DNA of 63,354 nucleotides, filler included, from Licmophora abbreviata (taxonomy: Eukaryota), in assembly GCA_900291995.1 (NCBI GenBank). It is 10 parts of 10 records of this genome, joined end to end, with 100 filler letters (N's around TTAATTAATTAA, not from the genome) between each part and the next. Parts side by side here need not be neighbours in the genome. Positions count along the whole stretch, not along the records: positions 58,960 to 62,116 come from OLMU01000610.1; positions 62,217 to 63,354 come from OLMU01000617.1; 8 more parts are not named here. One strand, 5' to 3'. The first letter of the stretch is position 1. Every line of letters begins with the position of its first letter. A model generated the notes under the pieces. The model saw only the letters and a program-made list of their open reading frames with translations. It made no database searches and was not told the origin of the DNA. Made by a program: the position numbers and the translations under genes. Of this stretch, positions 58,860 through 63,354 are shown piece by piece.

Positions 58860-58959
58860 NNNNNNNNNNNNNNNNNNNNNNNNNNNNNNNNNNNNNNNNN
58901 NNNTTAATTAATTAANNNNNNNNNNNNNNNNNNNNNNNNNNNNNNNNNNNNNNNNNNNN
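58860..58959. other. Artificial assembly gap spacer
   Basis: N44-TTAATTAATTAA-N44. Confidence 0.99.
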
Positions 58960-59076
58960 GTTATTGTTTTTGTTCTTGGAATTAGAGTCCTCGCTTGACT
59001 GAGTATTCAGCCTACCCGATCGTGCGTAGTCATCGTTGTCATTGTCGCTGGATTCGTCACCATTTTTAGAATCCAT
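58960..59076 (-). CDS. Possible 5' fragment of a gene truncated by the gap
   Basis: CACCATG context; low-complexity MDSKNGDESSDNDNDD.. open to the gap; no recognisable motif. Confidence 0.3.
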
Positions 59077-59438
59077 GGTGACGTTAAATCGTCGTTGTCG
59101 TTTGCCCTGGACGAGACCGCGCCGACGATCATGGTCTGTGAGATATGTCGCGTGATGCGATGACCTCGTCGCGTCGCTGCGTGTGTGTGTAGGTGATGTT
59201 GGCGACTTTTTGGCGAGGCAAAGATCTGGTGACGGACATAGCGCATGTCGTAGCGACATTCTATGATAAAAGAAGGGCAAAACTTCAAGTTGCAACGTCA
59301 TCTCCTGTACTGGACGAGTTTTGAGTTTTGGGAGAATTTGGTGGAACTTTTTTGCTGCTGCATTCGACCCTCTAATCACTTCGCTGGGCTCGTTGTTGCC
59401 TCGTTGTCCTTATTGTACAGAGTGTTTTTACTCTAGCA

Positions 59439-60000
59439 ATGCCTTCTCCTCAATCAAGCCTGCTGTTGCTTGCAGTCACAGTTACAGCGGCTGCTGTGCT
59501 CACACCATCCTGCACTGCCGCCTTTGTCGCCGTCTCCTCTTCCTCCGTGTCTCCTTCCACTACTACTACTCTCTTTAGTGCCACAGGCGGTTGGGGTATT
59601 GGCCAGTCACGCGACTTGACGGATGCCGAAATGTCTCGTGGGACTGGAACGGCCTTTGACGGCTACAAGTTGCGCGAGCGGGGTGACTTTCTACAGCAAA
59701 TCAAAAAGGAACGCGACAATATGAAGAAAGGATGAACTCGACGAACTGTTGGGAGTCGCACAAATTGCAGGAATTAGTGTCAAGGACCCTTCGGAACGAC
59801 TGAACAAGTTTGGAAAGGAAGTCATGATGATGGAGGATGAAGACGATGATTTGGATGTGAGTGTGCAGTGGAATGATGATGAGAGTGATGGGGCGTCGTC
59901 GTCTTCCGTGATGATGAGTAATGATGGCGGCACTGAAGTTGCGGACGCCGAAAGTATTACTAGGATGGATGAAGACACGGGTGCACCGGGTGTATGGTAG
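59439..60000 (+). CDS. Small plastid-targeted protein of unknown function; apparent +1 insertion near 59727-59731
   Basis: Signal + TAA-FVAV + Ser/Thr transit peptide; ATG AAG AAA GGA TGA reads MKKDELDELLGVAQIAGI if one base is removed. Confidence 0.7.
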
Positions 60001-60065
60001 GGTCCGTCGACTCGAACACAAACTTAGTTACTCTACTTTTACAAATGGGACAGCGTGCGTTTGTA

Positions 60066-61385
60066 TTATTCCATGAGTATATACTTGGACAACGCCTTCT
60101 TGACACCCAGTCGATATGAAATGGCCGACTGCATGGCACGATCCTGTTGCATTTCCACCAACGCTTGCTCATCTTGTTGGATGGTAGTAGATCGCAGAGT
60201 CTCCAACGTCGTTTCACTGTCCGCCACGGACATTTTTGGTCCTTCAACAATCCGTCGCTTTCCAAGCAACTGTTGCGCTACCAAATCGTAACCTACTATC
60301 GTCCCATCATTGTCGTCGAGGAAACCATAGTCTTGCAAGAACCGATCGTTGCCCGCAACGCCACCACCATAACAAATATTGATTTGTTCCCCTTCTCGCA
60401 CAGTGCCACCCGCAACAACTTTGAGTTCGCCTCCCGGGACAGCACGGCCAGTCAGAACGTGTGTCGACGTTCGATCGTGATTGCACATGTCCAAAAACGG
60501 AATCAAAAGTCGATACGACGAGGATCGTTCATTCGCATCGCCTTGAACTGTCAAGACACGCGACGTAATGAGCCACACGGCCCATTGCAAGTGTTCCGAG
60601 GTAACTGATGTTGTTCCGTCAATCCAGAATGGAAAGTTGGAATCGGATCCAATGTCTTGTTCGAATCGAGCTTTGGTACGCGCTCGGCGCTGGAGCGTCT
60701 CCTCCTTGACCATGGGCGCCTGCAGAGCATCCAAGGCGTCGTCGCTGAAAAAGTCTGTACTTCCCATGCAATCGTCGCCTCGAAAGGGAGGGAGCATTTC
60801 AAAATAAGATTTTCGACCACTGACACCGCCACTATTACTAGTTGTCGAAGTCGTATCCACCGGCTGAAGCGCTTGACAATAGTCTCGCAACAAGGTAACG
60901 GCAGGAAGCGTCGGATCCTCTCCTTCCGGACCGAGATTGACCGCCAGTTCATAGGGAATACGAATGAGCACATCGCCCTTTTTCATGTCTTTCCTCGCCA
61001 CCACGCCCCGCAGCCGTACACCAGAATCCATCAGGCTTGATGGAAAGTACCCCAGCGCGGAGCGCTTGAGATTGTCCCCTGCATCGTTCCGTTCCATGTA
61101 ATCGTAAAAGCGTAACGTAGCCTTGGAGCGGTCCATCGTGACACCTGCCTTGTCGCTATTGCTGGAGGACGACGTCCCAGTGCCGCCAAAGCCCTTGATG
61201 CCTGCTGTTGCAACCCGTTTCTTTTTCTTTTTAGCCTTGGCCATCAGTAATCCCCCTGTGTGTGACGGCGAAGTGCGACGCCGTATCGACGCGTCGGCGA
61301 TCGAAACAAAGGCCGCCAATACTCTCGAATCCACCACGTCAAACTTCAGCAAATAACATAGCACTAGAACTACGGATCGTCTCAT
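60066..61385 (-). CDS. SET-domain lysine methyltransferase (Rubisco LSMT/SETD3-like), probably plastid-targeted (start 61385 or upstream)
   Basis: RGVVARKDMKKGDVLIRIP, WAVWLITSR, LIPFLDMCNH, GEQINICYG..NDRFLQDYGF; leader ending LAA-FVS. Confidence 0.88.
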   Translation of the reverse strand: MRRSVVLVLCYLLKFDVVDSRVLAAFVSIADASIRRRTSPSHTGGLLMAKAKKKKKRVATAGIKGFGGTGTSSSSNSDKAGVTMDRSKATLRFYDYMERNDAGDNLKRSALGYFPSSLMDSGVRLRGVVARKDMKKGDVLIRIPYELAVNLGPEGEDPTLPAVTLLRDYCQALQPVDTTSTTSNSGGVSGRKSYFEMLPPFRGDDCMGSTDFFSDDALDALQAPMVKEETLQRRARTKARFEQDIGSDSNFPFWIDGTTSVTSEHLQWAVWLITSRVLTVQGDANERSSSYRLLIPFLDMCNHDRTSTHVLTGRAVPGGELKVVAGGTVREGEQINICYGGGVAGNDRFLQDYGFLDDNDGTIVGYDLVAQQLLGKRRIVEGPKMSVADSETTLETLRSTTIQQDEQALVEMQQDRAMQSAISYRLGVKKALSKYILME

Positions 61386-61826
61386 GTTCTTACTGCGTAT
61401 CACAGGTCTGGGCTTCGTGAACCAGAGGCAGTGTCGTTGTGTTGGATGATGTGATCGCGTCCTTTTTGATGAAGCCATCATCATGATGACATGCTTGAGT
61501 TTTCTACTCCTACTCGACATCAGAAGAGCGAGATTTTAACGCGTCGTGTGTGACGTGATGCTGTGCGGCGGAGGTGAGCCGAGAAAGATCGGGTAGGTAA
61601 GACGGCCAGACGGCTTCTAATGAGTCCCGAGTCGTGCAAGAAAAATATATCTCCGTCCACGAGGATCCTTATTATCAATTCGGGACCGGGCAAGACCCGC
61701 TCATCCTAATCCAGGACAAAATTCGACGCAATCCCGGATACAGCATCACGTTTTGCCGTCTGTTTTTCGGGAGAGCCGCGCTGGATACACCACACCGCCT
61801 CTGATAGAGAGGAGAAAGAGTAGGAG

Positions 61827-62116
61827 ATGCAGCAGGCGGCCATGTTTGAAGACGAAATTGTAGTAAATGGGACTGAACCGACGGATGAGGACGAGGTAAG
61901 GCAGTACTGTCGTCGTGGCGATTCGAACGGCGTGGAAACACATTTGGCCTTGTCCCATTGTCTCACGACTTGCGGTCGGGTTTTTGTCGACGATGATCTC
62001 CATTTTAGGTACACCTCGGCCATCCAATTCAGGGGGAACACGATAGCTTTGTAGCTTCGCCTAGCGTTCCTGTTGACCCGGAGGTCGTCGCGCAAGAGAG
62101 ACAGGCATGGAACAAC
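61827..62116 (+). CDS. 5' fragment of an unknown gene (intron 61896-62008), truncated by gap
   Basis: MQQAAMFEDEIVVNGTEPTDEDE|VHLGHPIQGEHDSFVAS.. via GAG|GTAAGG and TTTTAG|GTA, open to the gap. Confidence 0.45.
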
Positions 62117-62216
62117 NNNNNNNNNNNNNNNNNNNNNNNNNNNNNNNNNNNNNNNNNNNNTTAATTAATTAANNNNNNNNNNNNNNNNNNNNNNNNNNNN
62201 NNNNNNNNNNNNNNNN
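62117..62216. other. Artificial assembly gap spacer
   Basis: N44-TTAATTAATTAA-N44. Confidence 0.99.
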
Positions 62217-63297
62217 GCAGCCCCAACGCGTGTGCGGCGCCGCCCATATCCTTCTTCATGTTGAGCATAGACGACCCCGGCTTTAGATTTAGCCCACCTG
62301 TGTCGTACATGACACCCTTGCCCACCAGAGCGAGTTTCGCGGCAGTCGGATTGACAGTCTTCGGAGGACGATACTGCACACGAATCAGGCGGGGGGAACG
62401 CTCGTCGTAATGTCGGTCGTCGTCGTTAGTGGTGCGATTCAATGCCGCTTGCCCGACTGCGTAAATCATGCCACAACCATGGCCGCCTGCAATGGAGCCG
62501 CTGTAGTTCAACAGCTCACTCCCCACAATGGTTTCCATCGTAACAGTGTCGGGATGCGTCTTTGTCCAAGCTTCCACTACTTGCTGCAAACGTCCTGGCG
62601 TCAAGTGGCAGGCCGGTGTTGAGATAAGATCCTGTGCGAAGTAGGTCGCTCGCACTAACGCAGCGAGCTCCTTTGTCCGATCAGAAGAGCGAAAGCATAA
62701 CGTCGGAGGCGGGTCGTGTTTCTCCTTCTTCTTCTTTTCTCGAGTCTTGTAGTGATCAAAGGAATAAGAGTCGAGCAGGTAAGACAAGAGACAGTCTTCT
62801 TCGTTGAGCGATGTCGCTTCGGTCAGTCTCAGTTGGTACTCGTCGCAGGGTAAGGCCTTTCCACCGCTCTGCTGAAGCGCCTGCGCTACCTTTCTCATTC
62901 CTTTAGATCTCGACTGGAGTCTTGAGCGCTTGCTAGTTTCTGGTGCAATAGGGACGCATAAGACCGTACCTCCATCAAGTGGGATGCAATGCATTTGAGA
63001 CAAGAGTCCCCCGGGGTCAGCCAGCAGTTCTGGGTACTGCGACATCAGATTCTTCCATTCAACCGTGCCCGTTGCCACCGGGACGACCCATCCAGTAGCC
63101 TGGCTTGGTTTGCTTTCAGCTGTTGTTGTCCTCCAATCGACCAAGGACTCCCATCGACTGCGTTCCTTCACAAAGTCGTAGGCCAATGCCGCCGTGTAAC
63201 GTCGTCTCTGATGGCGTTGTAGCATGTGCGGCGTCATCAAGTACAATTTGAATCGCCTCGAGCCATTACATCGCACCAATACTCTTTCCCACATCAT
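62217..63297 (-). CDS. Leucyl aminopeptidase (peptidase M17), 3' end lost in gap
   Basis: YSFDHYKT, AQDLISTPA..LTP, IYAVGQA, LVGKGVMYDTGGLNLKP..MKKDMGGAA. Confidence 0.93.
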
Positions 63298-63354
63298 AAT
63301 TTAGTGCCCAGATCTCGCCCTTTCAACATGAATCGGGAAACGAGGTGCCGTCCA

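Noticed and set aside
59733..59735. In-frame TGA as selenocysteine
   Set aside because: The plausible continuation is in another frame and there is no redox motif

Overview
Gene-dense eukaryotic nuclear DNA, most likely from a pennate diatom. The basis is short GT-AG introns, bipartite signal + 'AFAP'-type plastid leaders and a diatom-like gene set; the taxon is my inference. Nine artificial 100-bp spacers (N44-TTAATTAATTAA-N44) mark assembly gaps. About 30 protein-coding genes are present. Recognisable ones include a TEN1-like protein, plastid dihydroxy-acid dehydratase, PRA1, RAD51, Y14/RBM8A, eIF3a, aspartyl aminopeptidase, heme oxygenase, eEF3, a RIOK3-like kinase, a serpin, MBOAT/LPCAT, MYCBP, MMAA, NRT2, PrxQ, a kinesin, a SET protein and an M17 peptidase. 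Best leads: (i) a roughly 130-aa Cys/Trp domain I do not recognise, shared by a kinesin tail and the adjacent motor-less gene; (ii) a Bmt5-like methyltransferase/Zn-finger/S4/pseudouridine-synthase fusion; (iii) a RIOK3-type kinase with a UIM outside animals; (iv) two paralogous secreted Cys-rich RXL proteins; (v) a plastid PDZ-PDZ-PPR protein and a probably GPI-anchored serpin. Four otherwise intact genes carry single-base frameshifts, most likely assembly errors. No rRNA, tRNA, CRISPR array or recognisable transposon was seen. Family calls rest on motifs recalled from memory, not on database searches.
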